DNA of 64,000 bases, taken from positions 54,023 through 118,022 of the forward strand of contig JAGAKP010000068.1 of NCBI GenBank assembly GCA_017625615.1. The letters are read 5' to 3'. Each line of letters begins with the position of its first letter. The first letter of the stretch is position 1. The notes below the pieces were generated by a model that was not told the DNA's origin, searched no databases, and worked only from the letters and a program-made list of their open reading frames with translations. A program made the position numbers and the translations under genes. Source of the stretch: Clostridia bacterium. GTDB taxonomy: Bacteria > Bacillota > Clostridia > Oscillospirales > CAG-382. Below, one piece after another: positions 35,808-45,384 of the stretch.

Positions 35808-36037
35808 ATTTTTCCGTACTTCCTTTATTATTATATTGTAAGCGTTTTTTACCAAGTGACAATTATAGCACTTCGGCGGTATTTTACAATAAACAAAATT
35901 TACAAATTTTTCAAGGGTTTATCACGTCTTTTACACGTTTTCGTTGACATGTCCCTATGGGATATGATATAATTAAAGCAAGGAAGGCTTCGGCTTTTTT
36001 CACGGACTCACTTTTTTGAAAAACGAGGTGTTTTATT

Positions 36038-36955
36038 TTGAAGAAAAATTATATCCGCACTTTATTCGTGTTTCTTCTCGTGTCTGCTCTGCTGTTACTT
36101 TCCGCATGCTCCGCAAGCAGTGACGGATACTATGAAAACGAGCCCGAAAACGGTTATACCGATACCAACGGCGATAAGACCGAGGTAGGCACCACCGAAG
36201 GGGTTACCGAGGTCAATCCCAACGGAAAGATAATCCGCAACGTAGTTCTCCGCGGCGAGACCAAGGATTTTGATACTGCGTTGGAAACTCTTAAAAACAA
36301 GATCTCCGAAAACGGCGGATACGTGGAAAAATCCAGCGTGACCGGCGGTGAGAGCCTCGGCTCAAACAGAAAAAGCTCCCGCAACGCCGTTTATACCATC
36401 CGAATTCCCGCGGAAAAGCTCGATAACTTCCTTGAAAAGACCGAGGATATGCTTAATATCATCTCCTCCTCCGAAACCACTACCGACGTTACTCTTGAGT
36501 ATTACGATATCCAATCCCGTATGAATACTCTTGAGGCAAAAAGGGCGGCTCTTGAAAAAATGCTTGAGCAGGCAACCTCGCTCAACGATATACGTACCCT
36601 TCAGGACGATCTGTACGAGGTTATCGGCGAGATAGAGGCGTACCGCTCAAAGCTTAACGTCTTTGACAGTAAAGTAAGCTATTCCACCGTAGACCTTACC
36701 ATAACCGAGGTTATCGAATATACCGAAATAAAGGAAGAAGAGCCTACCTTCTGGGAGCGTATCTCCACCACCTTCTTAAAGACCTGGACGGGATTCTGGG
36801 AATTCTGTCAGGACCTTGCGGTGTTCCTTGTCGGGGCAATGCCCGTGTTCTGCGTCTTTGGCGTTATAGGACTTATAGTGCTGCTCATAATCGTCCTCGT
36901 TAAGAAGCGAAACAGAAAACGACTCCAGCGTTGGAAAGAACAGAATAAGCAGTAA
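36038..36955 (+). CDS. DUF4349-like lipoprotein with a C-terminal TM anchor
   Basis: A TTG start follows GAGGTG. It has a lipobox (LLLSAC), a coiled-coil middle section and a C-terminal TM segment. The family assignment is from memory. Confidence 0.65.
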   Translation: MKKNYIRTLFVFLLVSALLLLSACSASSDGYYENEPENGYTDTNGDKTEVGTTEGVTEVNPNGKIIRNVVLRGETKDFDTALETLKNKISENGGYVEKSSVTGGESLGSNRKSSRNAVYTIRIPAEKLDNFLEKTEDMLNIISSSETTTDVTLEYYDIQSRMNTLEAKRAALEKMLEQATSLNDIRTLQDDLYEVIGEIEAYRSKLNVFDSKVSYSTVDLTITEVIEYTEIKEEEPTFWERISTTFLKTWTGFWEFCQDLAVFLVGAMPVFCVFGVIGLIVLLIIVLVKKRNRKRLQRWKEQNKQ

Positions 36956-36962
36956 TAACAAA

Positions 36963-36989
36963 ATCCCGCGATTTTCTCGCGGGATTTTA
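36963..36989. terminator. rho-independent terminator; the sequence is duplicated at 39078
   Basis: ATCCCGCGATTTTCTCGCGGGAT hairpin followed by TTTT. Confidence 0.7.
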
Positions 36990-37107
36990 CAATTTGTTCA
37001 TAAATGGCGCGCGTGTGTATGTTATAATTTATTCGAAGGAAAAAATTTTAAACTTTTTTATAGACAAAACTCCTTTTTTTAACATTTATATAGTGGGGGA
37101 CACGATT

Positions 37108-37953
37108 ATGCGTAAATTAAATAAAACGTTCGTATGTTTGTTGCTGGTACTGTTTTGCTTATCTTCTTGCTCACACGCTTCTGACAACGAAATTATTGAT
37201 AACGATAATTACACTATTGCTACAGAAGACGATATATGTTATCTGCATTTGAAGAAGAATTTTTCCGACGCTTATTCATATGAAAATATGGCGCCGTACG
37301 TTATGCACGATTTGTCGTTTAAAAGCATATCGGAATTATACTCAAAAATTAAGAACAACGGCTTTACTGAATACCAATTGGCACATATTCAAAAAGTTTT
37401 CACGCATGATGAATCCGGAAGAGTTATTGTTTGCGATATAAATAAGTTATTTGTGCCTGCTTTACCGGAACAAGGCAGTGTGGGAAAAGTATATTGGGGC
37501 GGAGCCGACTACTCTTATTCTTTACAGTTTTCTGACAACGTGCACGGTTTTTTTATCTGTTCTGTATCTGAGATTTTCAATCAGCGGTATCAAACAGGCT
37601 ATGTTGATTATATAGATAATTCTTTGTTTACGCTTGGAGAAACAAAGACTGTATCGGACAGAAACGCGACTGAGTATTATTATACGACTTCACAAGGGAG
37701 TTTAAAAGCCATTCAATATACTCTCGAAAGCGGCAACAAGAAAATATTTGTTTGTGAAAAATATGCGTTGGAATTGAACCATGATCTCGGCGACGTATCG
37801 GATACCGTTCCTTATCAAATCGACCTATTTATTTTCGATGAAAATAATACGTGTGAAATTTTATTGTATGATTTCACTTCCCGCCCCACCGAAGAATGGC
37901 TGCTTTCATTCGGAATGGAGCCCTACGTTCCCGAAGATACCGCAACCGAATAA
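37108..37953 (+). CDS. lipoprotein of unknown function
   Basis: The ATG at 37108 gives MRKLNKTFVCLLLVLFCLSSC, which contains a lipobox. The C-terminus ends in PEDTATE. Confidence 0.6.
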   Translation: MRKLNKTFVCLLLVLFCLSSCSHASDNEIIDNDNYTIATEDDICYLHLKKNFSDAYSYENMAPYVMHDLSFKSISELYSKIKNNGFTEYQLAHIQKVFTHDESGRVIVCDINKLFVPALPEQGSVGKVYWGGADYSYSLQFSDNVHGFFICSVSEIFNQRYQTGYVDYIDNSLFTLGETKTVSDRNATEYYYTTSQGSLKAIQYTLESGNKKIFVCEKYALELNHDLGDVSDTVPYQIDLFIFDENNTCEILLYDFTSRPTEEWLLSFGMEPYVPEDTATE

Positions 37954-38039
37954 ACCACCCTCTTCTCCCCGAAAGTTTTAGGTGAGAAAAGATTGTCTGC
38001 GCAATAACCAACCCATAAAAGGAAATTAAGGAGGTTATT

Positions 38040-39002
38040 ATGAAAAAAACAGTGATATCCGTATTGTTGGCAGTAATGGTTTTAGGACTTTTTTCTTGTT
38101 CTGAAGATATGCCCTTACCCGACGGCGAAACCGATTCCTATTTTGCTGTAAGAGTTGGAACAACAGATGGCGATTATTTCAAGGAAGACGAAAACTTTAT
38201 TCACGATAGTAAATTGTTTGTCGACAAAGATGTTAAAAAACAGAGAGTTTTCAGTTTTAATGAAAAGACGTTTAATCTCGAGTATGTGAATTCTGATAAT
38301 TATGTATACAATGAGAGACAAAGGTATCGTTTAAACACGCTGAACGGAGAATTAGAAGCTAAGTTTTTTACGGACAGCGGTGAACTTGCATGGTTCAGCA
38401 TACCAAAAACACTTACGGACGCTCCGGAAACATTTCGAAGCGAGTCTGAATTTCGTGAATGGGCAGAGAGCTTTTTGAAAAAGTTTGGCATAAACGATAT
38501 GTCCGGATACACAATTAATTACAAAACGGATTTTGTGTACAGTGTTCCGGGAAAAACTTCGAGTAGAACTGTAGACAGCTTCTATATTCCTGAACCCGAT
38601 TCAAATGTAACGGTATCTTTTTATGTTATTATGTACACATATGCTATAGATGGTGTTGATACTTCTGACCGTTACGAGTTCTTGTTTAACACCGAAAAAG
38701 ATGGTAGGATTACCGTGTTTTTGCCTAACGCCAGTTTTGACGAGTACGAAAGCTGTCCGTTGGATATGGAAAAAGCAGATAAAGCGCTTGACGATTATGT
38801 CAAAGCCTATTTGAACACAACCATTTATGAATTGGATTCGTATGACGTTACTCAAAAAACGCTAACCATTATAAACGGAGAGTTGGCGTGCGAGTATGAT
38901 TTGTCTATAGAGCTTACCAGAGACGGTTGGGATTCAACTCTTACGACATTACTTTCTGTTGCAGTGTTTCCGGATATCCCCGAAGATACCGCAACCGAAT
39001 AA
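38040..39002 (+). CDS. lipoprotein of unknown function, sharing its 3' end with the preceding gene
   Basis: MKKTVISVLLAVMVLGLFSC lipobox. The C-terminus ends in PEDTATE. Confidence 0.6.
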   Translation: MKKTVISVLLAVMVLGLFSCSEDMPLPDGETDSYFAVRVGTTDGDYFKEDENFIHDSKLFVDKDVKKQRVFSFNEKTFNLEYVNSDNYVYNERQRYRLNTLNGELEAKFFTDSGELAWFSIPKTLTDAPETFRSESEFREWAESFLKKFGINDMSGYTINYKTDFVYSVPGKTSSRTVDSFYIPEPDSNVTVSFYVIMYTYAIDGVDTSDRYEFLFNTEKDGRITVFLPNASFDEYESCPLDMEKADKALDDYVKAYLNTTIYELDSYDVTQKTLTIINGELACEYDLSIELTRDGWDSTLTTLLSVAVFPDIPEDTATE

Positions 39003-39013
39003 ACCACCCTTTT

Positions 39014-39045
39014 CTCCCCGAAAAAAGCTTTCGGGGAGAGTTTTT
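39014..39045 (+). terminator. rho-independent terminator
   Basis: Stem CTCCCCGAAA/TTTCGGGGAG followed by AGTTTTTG. Confidence 0.65.
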
Positions 39046-39077
39046 GCTCCGGGTGGAACACACCAAAGCATTAAAAA

Positions 39078-39104
39078 ATCCCGCGATTTTCTCGCGGGAT
39101 TTTT
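39078..39104. terminator. second copy of the ATCCCGCGATTTTCTCGCGGGAT terminator hairpin
   Basis: Identical core to 36963-36985. It is flanked by A-run and T-run sequences between convergent genes. Confidence 0.7.
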
Positions 39105-39112
39105 ATGTGCAT

Positions 39113-40183
39113 TTATTTACCTATATGGGGGTTCTGTCTGTGTGCTTCTTCGATGACTGCAAGCTGCTGGCGTACCTGACAAAGCTTGATATCGTGTTCT
39201 CTGCCTTCGGTAAAGAGTGCGTATATCTGGTCGTAATATGTCTGTACAGCGGCGATAAAGGGAGCCTGAGGGTCGCCTTCCCAGCTTTCCTCGTGCCAAT
39301 TAAGCTTTTCGGTACAGTAAGCAGGGAAGCATTCTACCTTGTCTGCAGTAAGAGGATCCTTTATAAGATGCTGTTCCTCGTTTTCCTCGGGAATAAAATA
39401 CTTCCAGTCTATATGAGCCATAGTGCCCTTAAGAGAACCGCGTGTTCCGTGGAGCTTGTATGTAAACAGAGGATATCCGTCCGCCGAAGAAATCTCAAGG
39501 TCGATAAGAGGCTTATTCGGCGCGGTAAGGATGAGCTTGCAGTAATCCTCCGCGTCGCCGAAGGTGTTGCATCTGTCCATACGGCAGAATACCTCGGGCA
39601 TACCGTCGTACATATCCATAATATTAAGCGCCTGATCGAGAGGGTGGGGGCCTGTATTTGCAAGATTACCGCCGTTAAATTCGCGGCAACACTGCCAGTC
39701 CCAGCGGCGTGCGTATCCGTTGAACTGAATGCCCACCTGAACGATTCTGCCAAGCACTCCGGAAGCGATAACTTCCTTTACCTTTTCAAAATAATGAGCA
39801 AATCTGGATTGCTGGAATACGAGGAATATTCTTCCGTTATTCTTTGCAATTTCGCACAGCTCGTCAAATTCCTTTACCGTGGGAACGCAGGGCTTTTCGC
39901 AAAGCACGTTAAAGCCGTGCTCAAGAAGATCCTTGGTTACGGAATAATGAAGATGGCTGGGTGTGGAATTAACGACGAGATCTATATCGGTTCTGCCGTA
40001 AAGCTGTGTATGTGAAGTAAAGGTCTCGCAACCGAATTCTTCGGCGGCGCGGTTACGGCGTACCTCCATAGGCTCAACGACACCGATAACCTTAAAGCGC
40101 TCGGTATCCTTTTTCAGATGCAGACCGTGAATATCTCTGCCGCTTCTGCCCTGACCGAGTATGACTACGTTTAACTGTTTCAT
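39113..40183 (-). CDS. Gfo/Idh/MocA-family oxidoreductase
   Basis: MKQLNVVILGQGRSGRDIH Rossmann motif and the CEKP motif. The ATG at 40183 lies downstream of AAGGAG. Confidence 0.8.
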   Translation of the reverse strand: MKQLNVVILGQGRSGRDIHGLHLKKDTERFKVIGVVEPMEVRRNRAAEEFGCETFTSHTQLYGRTDIDLVVNSTPSHLHYSVTKDLLEHGFNVLCEKPCVPTVKEFDELCEIAKNNGRIFLVFQQSRFAHYFEKVKEVIASGVLGRIVQVGIQFNGYARRWDWQCCREFNGGNLANTGPHPLDQALNIMDMYDGMPEVFCRMDRCNTFGDAEDYCKLILTAPNKPLIDLEISSADGYPLFTYKLHGTRGSLKGTMAHIDWKYFIPEENEEQHLIKDPLTADKVECFPAYCTEKLNWHEESWEGDPQAPFIAAVQTYYDQIYALFTEGREHDIKLCQVRQQLAVIEEAHRQNPHIGK

Positions 40184-40252
40184 ATTTTTCACCACTCCTT
40201 GATGTGTTGCCTTGATTATACCATAGCAAAAAAAGGAAGTAAAGAAAAATAT

Positions 40253-40612
40253 TTATTTTTTGCCTAAAAGAATACCCGTTTTTTTATCCCATCTTTGTAT
40301 TGCCGTCCTTCCCTCCCGACGGATCGCTCCGTCAAAGACGAAGGTGCGTATTTTTACGGTCATCTGCTTTTCGTCTTCCTCCGTTACGTATTTCATCACA
40401 GCGGAAAAGGGCTTGAAATTCTCCTTGACTTGCGTCTTTACCGCCAAGGGTAAAAGACGTTTTTTTGCAAATAAAATATATTTTTCCGCCAACTCCCTGT
40501 AAAACGGCTCCGCCTTCTTTTTAAGTATCCCGTTTCCGAAATCGGGGAGTGAAAGGTTTATATACACCGCGTCCTCCCCGTTTTCGGATTTCAATATCTG
40601 CTTTATAAGCAT
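40253..40612 (-). CDS. hypothetical soluble protein
   Basis: A 119-aa ORF that overlaps the upstream gene's end by 10 nt. No motif recognised. Confidence 0.45.
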   Translation of the reverse strand: MLIKQILKSENGEDAVYINLSLPDFGNGILKKKAEPFYRELAEKYILFAKKRLLPLAVKTQVKENFKPFSAVMKYVTEEDEKQMTVKIRTFVFDGAIRREGRTAIQRWDKKTGILLGKK

Positions 40613-41142
40613 TTTTCATTCCTCCCGCCACATTTTATGCGCTTTGCACCCCATAAAAGAACGGGTATTACCGGCGGAAGCAGTAAGCATACCACGAGCA
40701 CTCCGCCCGAGCTGAAGGTCACGGGAATTAAAACCGCCAAGGCAATGCACAAGCCTTTTATTTTGCTTTTGGGCGCGCATCCCGCCGCGCAGGGAATGAG
40801 TGGGATAAGCGCAAGCTCGGTCAGGGAATGGCACGCGCTTCCCCTCATTCCCGTTATTGCCGCCACCGCCGCCACGGCAAGCAGTATGGGCAGGGGATAG
40901 TAATAGTTTTTCTTTACCGCCGTCATTATAAGACAGCAGGTGTAAACTATCAGCGTGGATTTTAAGGGCAGAGTAAGTCCGCATAACGCAAAAAGCAGTG
41001 GAATTGCATAGGGAGTGCAATATCTCAGCCCCTTTATATTTGAAAGCACCGCCGCCGATACCGCAAATATAACTCCCGCTATGGGCGTGGCGTTGGTGAC
41101 CGCTACGCAAACGGTCACCACTGCCGCAAATGCCGCCGTCAA
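40603..41142 (-). CDS. small polytopic membrane protein
   Basis: A TTG start overlaps the stop of the GerA-family gene (TTGA). About 5 hydrophobic segments. Confidence 0.5.
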   Translation of the reverse strand: MTAAFAAVVTVCVAVTNATPIAGVIFAVSAAVLSNIKGLRYCTPYAIPLLFALCGLTLPLKSTLIVYTCCLIMTAVKKNYYYPLPILLAVAAVAAITGMRGSACHSLTELALIPLIPCAAGCAPKSKIKGLCIALAVLIPVTFSSGGVLVVCLLLPPVIPVLLWGAKRIKCGGRNEKCL

Positions 41143-42500
41143 AGCTTTTCTCTCCTGAACACCGTTTTACCGGGGAAGGCAGTGATAAAATCCTGCAGTC
41201 CTTCCCTTGAAAGGGGTGCAAGCGGTGTCATATAAGGCTTGCCGAAGCTTTCCTTTGAGCAAAGCAGACAGAATATAAGGGATGCGAATGCAAACACCCC
41301 GGGGAACCCCGCAAGCCAGCCTGCCGCCAGCAGAATATATCTGGCAATGACCGACGAATACATATATACCGGTACTATAAAGGCGGTCACCTCCGAGAGG
41401 GCGACTACCATTACGGTGGTAGGTGCGATAAGCCCTGCGCTTACCGCTGCCTCTCCCAATATAAGCGAGCCTACTATTCCCACGGCGTCACCGAGCCGTT
41501 GGGGCATCCGAACTCCCACCTCGCGCAGCAGCTCAAAGACGGTGAGGGCGGCAAAGACCTCTGCCCATACGGGCATCGGAAGCTTGGCGGCGTATTCCTC
41601 CAAGGATATCCGTATGGCTTCGGGCAATAATTGGGGAGCGTGATACCAAGCGGCGCAAAACAGCGCAGGCAAAAACAGCGATACCAGCATTGCGGAAAAC
41701 CGCAGTGAGCGTATGAAGGTGGCGTATGCGGGGGAGCGGTAGTAATCGTCGGACGCCTGCAGTGCCTCCGCGAAAACGTACGGCGCGGTCAGCACGAAGG
41801 GCGACCCGTCGCAAATTATTGCCACTCTCCCCGCTATTATTTTGGAAACCACCTTGTCCGCTTTTTCCGAGCTTCCGAAGGTCGGTATCATACCGTTTCC
41901 CGTAAGAAGAGTTTCAAGATTTCCCGAATCGGTAAGTCCGGTTATTCTTTGCTCCTTAAGGTCCTTTATTATCCTTTCGGGCATACCCTTTTCAGCCCTG
42001 CCTTCTATCCATACGACCGCTACGCGCGTGCTTGTAACGTCACCCATTATAACGGGTACGGATTTAAGATTTTCGGATTTCACGCATCTGCGTATGAGGG
42101 CAAGATTTATTTCCCAGTCCTCCGTAAAGCCGACCTTGGGACCGCGTACGGTAATGTCGGTATCGGGCTCGGTTACAGACCTTTTTACCGTTGCCGCCGC
42201 GTTTGCCACAATACTTTCGTTTCCGCATATTATCAGCGCCTGACCGTCAAGCACCGCCGCCACCGCCTCGTTTGCGTCCTTTGGCTCGGTCGCGGTTACA
42301 GAACTAAGTATTTCCTTAAGGCTGCCCTTTCCGTCGTTTTCGGTTATGGGGGAAATCATCTCGCGGGAGATATAGCCTCTGTCAGCCATACCTCTCAAAA
42401 AACAGATAAACAATCTTTTTTTACCCAGAATTATTTCTCTGGATATAAAATCCGAGCAATTTTCAAACCGTTTTTCTATTTCCTCACGCACTTTTTTCAC
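41139..42500 (-). CDS. GerA/SpoVAF-family spore germination protein (A-subunit type)
   Basis: N-terminal soluble domain (SDFISREI..LFICFLRGMADRGYISREMISPI) and a C-terminal membrane domain typical of GerAA/SpoVAF. Confidence 0.8.
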   Translation of the reverse strand: MKKVREEIEKRFENCSDFISREIILGKKRLFICFLRGMADRGYISREMISPITENDGKGSLKEILSSVTATEPKDANEAVAAVLDGQALIICGNESIVANAAATVKRSVTEPDTDITVRGPKVGFTEDWEINLALIRRCVKSENLKSVPVIMGDVTSTRVAVVWIEGRAEKGMPERIIKDLKEQRITGLTDSGNLETLLTGNGMIPTFGSSEKADKVVSKIIAGRVAIICDGSPFVLTAPYVFAEALQASDDYYRSPAYATFIRSLRFSAMLVSLFLPALFCAAWYHAPQLLPEAIRISLEEYAAKLPMPVWAEVFAALTVFELLREVGVRMPQRLGDAVGIVGSLILGEAAVSAGLIAPTTVMVVALSEVTAFIVPVYMYSSVIARYILLAAGWLAGFPGVFAFASLIFCLLCSKESFGKPYMTPLAPLSREGLQDFITAFPGKTVFRREKL

Positions 42501-42623
42501 ACTCCCGATCCTTATGTTTTCCGCAAAGGAAAAATTTTATACCAAAAAGCCATTGACTAAAAGGGACGGTGCGTATATAATTAATATGTTATAATATGTT
42601 AAAATAACGGAGATGTGTTTGAT

Positions 42624-43085
42624 ATGAAAAAGATGTTTTTTGTTTTGCTTGCGGTTTCTCTGCTTCTTTGCTCCTGCGGCAGAAGCTTTACCGTAAACGT
42701 AAAGGAAGCGGGCACCGCTATGGCAGAGGCTACGGGATACGCTTTTCTTGAGTACGATGCCGACAGCATCTATAACGATACCGGCATATCCGAGGATATG
42801 TACGTAAACGGATTTTTTGCCTGGCTTCTTGAAGCGAGCGTCGGCAACTGCGCCTGCGTAGCGGTCTTTGAGGCGGCAGATGCGGAAAAGGCAGAGGAGA
42901 TAGAAACTTATCTTCAGGCATACCTTACCGATATGCAGCTCGTGCAGAAGGAGTACAACGCAGACAACTATCAGCTTACCCTTAACGCAGAGCTTAAGGT
43001 GGACGGAAACTACGTGGTATTCTCCGTCGCACCCGACAATACCGCGGTCATCAATGCGTTTAACAGCGCAAAGGTCTCCCAGTAA
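42624..43085 (+). CDS. DUF4358-like lipoprotein
   Basis: MKKMFFVLLAVSLLLCSC lipobox. The family assignment is from memory. The ATG at 42624 follows GGAG. Confidence 0.6.
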   Translation: MKKMFFVLLAVSLLLCSCGRSFTVNVKEAGTAMAEATGYAFLEYDADSIYNDTGISEDMYVNGFFAWLLEASVGNCACVAVFEAADAEKAEEIETYLQAYLTDMQLVQKEYNADNYQLTLNAELKVDGNYVVFSVAPDNTAVINAFNSAKVSQ

Positions 43086-43097
43086 AGGCAGGATAAA

Positions 43098-44714
43098 ATG
43101 AACAAACAAAACAGCGGCCTTCGGGCGTTCTTTACGGTGCTTATGTTTATACCCCTCGGGTTTATAATTTATTTCGCCGTAACCTTTGTAAACCACAATA
43201 TTCCCGTTACCGAGGTGGTGTCGGTTTCCGTCACTGCGGGCGACGGTCAGACCTACGATTATACCGACGAGGATACCCGCGCCTTCTTTCTTGACGTGTA
43301 CCTTGATGCGGTCGCGGACGACAGCATAACTGCTCCTCCCGCTTCCTCCGTTCCCGCCTCCGTCACCTGCGACAGAGGGGACAAGCGTATAGACTACAAG
43401 CTGTATCCCGATAAGAAAACGGGAAAAGTGCTTCTTGCAGACGAAAACGGACATTTTTATCTGCTCCCCTCCGACGTTGAGGCACAGCTTCTGGTCAGAA
43501 AAGAGTTTCAATATCTCTATGCAGAGGATCTCCTTCCCGAATTCACCGTAATTTCGGGCGACAGAGTTCAGACCGTTGCTCCCACCAGCTATAAGTGGTC
43601 CTATAAAAAGGCGGACGGTAATTATTACAAGGATAATATTTCCGATACCTATAAGGACGAGCTTGACCTCCGCATTTATTCCGACCGTGAAAATTCCATT
43701 TCCTTCTCTGTAGAGCCCACAACCGTAGAGCTTCGCATCAACGGCGAAAGCGTAGCGCCCGGCAGCTTTTCGGGACTTGCATATTCCGCAGATACGTCCC
43801 TTGACGTTACCGTACGCGCAAGCTGGGTAAGCGACGGAGACAATAATTTCGGCACGGCTGAATACAACTTCAAGATACTTTACGATATCCCCGCAAGGGT
43901 ATATCTGTCCCACGACGTTTGCACCCGCGGCGATACACTTCTTCTCCGCGTGGATATGCTTACCGACGGCGAAAGCGTATTCCTTGAAAGCGACCTTATC
44001 ACCACCGCACCCGAATTTGAGGTTCAGGGCGGTATAGCATACGCCATTCTTCCCGTTTCACTTGAAAACGAGCCCGGTACTTACGATCTCGTTTTCACCT
44101 CGGGCGAAAACTCCGTTGAGCTTACCCTTGAGGTGGTGGACGGCGATTACGGCTTTGCCACCTACCATTATCCCAACGATATCTTCAAGCAGAATATAGC
44201 CTACGATAAGGTCGAGGAATTGACCGCGGTAATAGACGAGACCGCAGCAGTGGGCGGCGCAATGTTCTTTACCTTTGACAGCCCCTTTGCTCCCGCGTGC
44301 GGAGGCGGCACCCTTATCGAATCCTTCGGTAAGAGCATCGTCGTAAACGATGAGACTGCAGGGGAGGCTCCCTTCAGCGGATACGTTCCCGGTAACGTAT
44401 ACGAGGTCGCCGCAGGCACCTCCATCACCTCTATGCAGAGAGGTAAGGTAGTCTTCTCGGGCGAAACCACTCTTACGGGCGGAACCGTTATCATAAGCCA
44501 CGGTATGGGAATTTATTCCTATTACTTCCACCTTACGGATATTACCGTAGCCGAGGGCACCACCGTACAGAAGGGCGCAATTCTCGGAAAGGCAGGTGTA
44601 AGTCCCCTTTCTATGGAGGGCGTGGGCAATATAGCACACACCGCCGTTTCCGTGGGAAGCGTGTTCGTGGACGCAGCTCCCTTTATCGAGGGCAAGATAT
44701 TTATAGAGCAATAA
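43098..44714 (+). CDS. M23-family metallopeptidase with an N-terminal TM anchor
   Basis: C-terminal LytM/M23 block GTVIISHGMGIYSYYFHLTDITVAEGTTVQKGAILGKAG. Confidence 0.75.
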   Translation: MNKQNSGLRAFFTVLMFIPLGFIIYFAVTFVNHNIPVTEVVSVSVTAGDGQTYDYTDEDTRAFFLDVYLDAVADDSITAPPASSVPASVTCDRGDKRIDYKLYPDKKTGKVLLADENGHFYLLPSDVEAQLLVRKEFQYLYAEDLLPEFTVISGDRVQTVAPTSYKWSYKKADGNYYKDNISDTYKDELDLRIYSDRENSISFSVEPTTVELRINGESVAPGSFSGLAYSADTSLDVTVRASWVSDGDNNFGTAEYNFKILYDIPARVYLSHDVCTRGDTLLLRVDMLTDGESVFLESDLITTAPEFEVQGGIAYAILPVSLENEPGTYDLVFTSGENSVELTLEVVDGDYGFATYHYPNDIFKQNIAYDKVEELTAVIDETAAVGGAMFFTFDSPFAPACGGGTLIESFGKSIVVNDETAGEAPFSGYVPGNVYEVAAGTSITSMQRGKVVFSGETTLTGGTVIISHGMGIYSYYFHLTDITVAEGTTVQKGAILGKAGVSPLSMEGVGNIAHTAVSVGSVFVDAAPFIEGKIFIEQ

Positions 44715-44719
44715 TTTAT

Positions 44720-44748
44720 TTAAGCACCTTTTTCGGGTGCTTAAATTT
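44720..44748 (+). terminator. rho-independent terminator
   Basis: Stem TTAAGCACC/GGTGCTTAA followed by ATTTTT. Confidence 0.65.
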
Positions 44749-44751
44749 TTC

Positions 44752-44780
44752 TTTACAAATACAAAATATAGTGGTATAAT
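44752..44780 (+). promoter_or_regulatory. nrdR promoter
   Basis: TTTACA at 44752-57, a 17-nt spacer, then TGgTATAAT at 44772-80. Confidence 0.55.
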
Positions 44781-44821
44781 ATAACGTAAATACAAAAAGT
44801 CCGAAAGGAAAAGCGTATATT

Positions 44822-45271
44822 ATGAAATGTCCCATGTGCTCCTATCCCGAAAGCAAGGTTATAGATTCCCGCCCCTCCGCAGACCATTCCTCCATTCGCC
44901 GCCGCAGAGAGTGCGAAAAGTGCCAGAAGCGCTTTACCACCTATGAAATAGTGGAAACGGTGCCTCTCGTAGTGGTCAAGCGCGATAAATCCCGCGAGAC
45001 CTTTGACAGAAGCAAGCTTCTCCGCTCCATAATCTCCGCCTGCGACAAACGCCACGTTTCCCGCGAGCAGATGGAGTCTATTGCGGACGAGATACAGTTC
45101 AATCTGCAGAACGCTCTGCAAAACGAGGTCACCTCCGCTTATATCGGCGAATTGGTGCTTGAAAAATTACGCGTGATAGACGAGGTCGCCTACATACGCT
45201 TCGCGTCGGTATACCGCTCCTTCAAGGATATTTCCCAGTTTATGGAAGAAATAACCAAATTGAATAAATAG
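44822..45271 (+). CDS. nrdR: transcriptional repressor NrdR
   Basis: Zinc ribbon MKCPMCSYPESKVIDSR...RRRRECEKCQKRFTTYE plus an ATP-cone. Confidence 0.92.
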   Translation: MKCPMCSYPESKVIDSRPSADHSSIRRRRECEKCQKRFTTYEIVETVPLVVVKRDKSRETFDRSKLLRSIISACDKRHVSREQMESIADEIQFNLQNALQNEVTSAYIGELVLEKLRVIDEVAYIRFASVYRSFKDISQFMEEITKLNK

Positions 45272-45282
45272 TATTTTGCTTA

Positions 45283-45310
45283 AGGACCGCTTAAAAAGGC
45301 GGTCCTTTTA
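45283..45310 (+). terminator. rho-independent terminator of nrdR
   Basis: Stem AGGACCGC/GCGGTCCT followed by TTTTA. Confidence 0.65.
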
Positions 45311-45347
45311 TCTTTTAAAAAATATTGAAAAACTTTTAAAAATCCCC

Positions 45348-45376
45348 TTGACAAATACATTTTACGGTGGTATATT
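45348..45376 (+). promoter_or_regulatory. feoAB promoter
   Basis: TTGACA at 45348-53, a 17-nt spacer, then TATATT at 45371-76. Confidence 0.55.
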
Positions 45377-45384
45377 ATGCGTGG

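Noticed and set aside
38927-40015. A 362-aa plus-strand ORF.
   Set aside because: It is antisense to the Gfo/Idh/MocA oxidoreductase (39113..40183) and runs through two terminator hairpins.
40616-41221. A 201-aa ORF in an alternative frame, overlapping the small membrane protein gene and the end of the GerA-family gene.
   Set aside because: The Arg/Gly-rich translation has no features. The overlapping frame 40603..41142 gives a coherent polytopic membrane protein with a start coupled to the upstream stop.
42537-43913. A 458-aa minus-strand ORF.
   Set aside because: It is antisense to the DUF4358-like lipoprotein and M23 peptidase genes, which have signal peptides and catalytic motifs. The translation has no motifs and odd composition.
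44759-44776. A possible NrdR box (ACAAAATATAGTGG...) overlapping the nrdR promoter spacer.
   Set aside because: It matches only about 11 of 16 positions of the remembered consensus. No second box is seen at the usual helical spacing. This is too weak to call.
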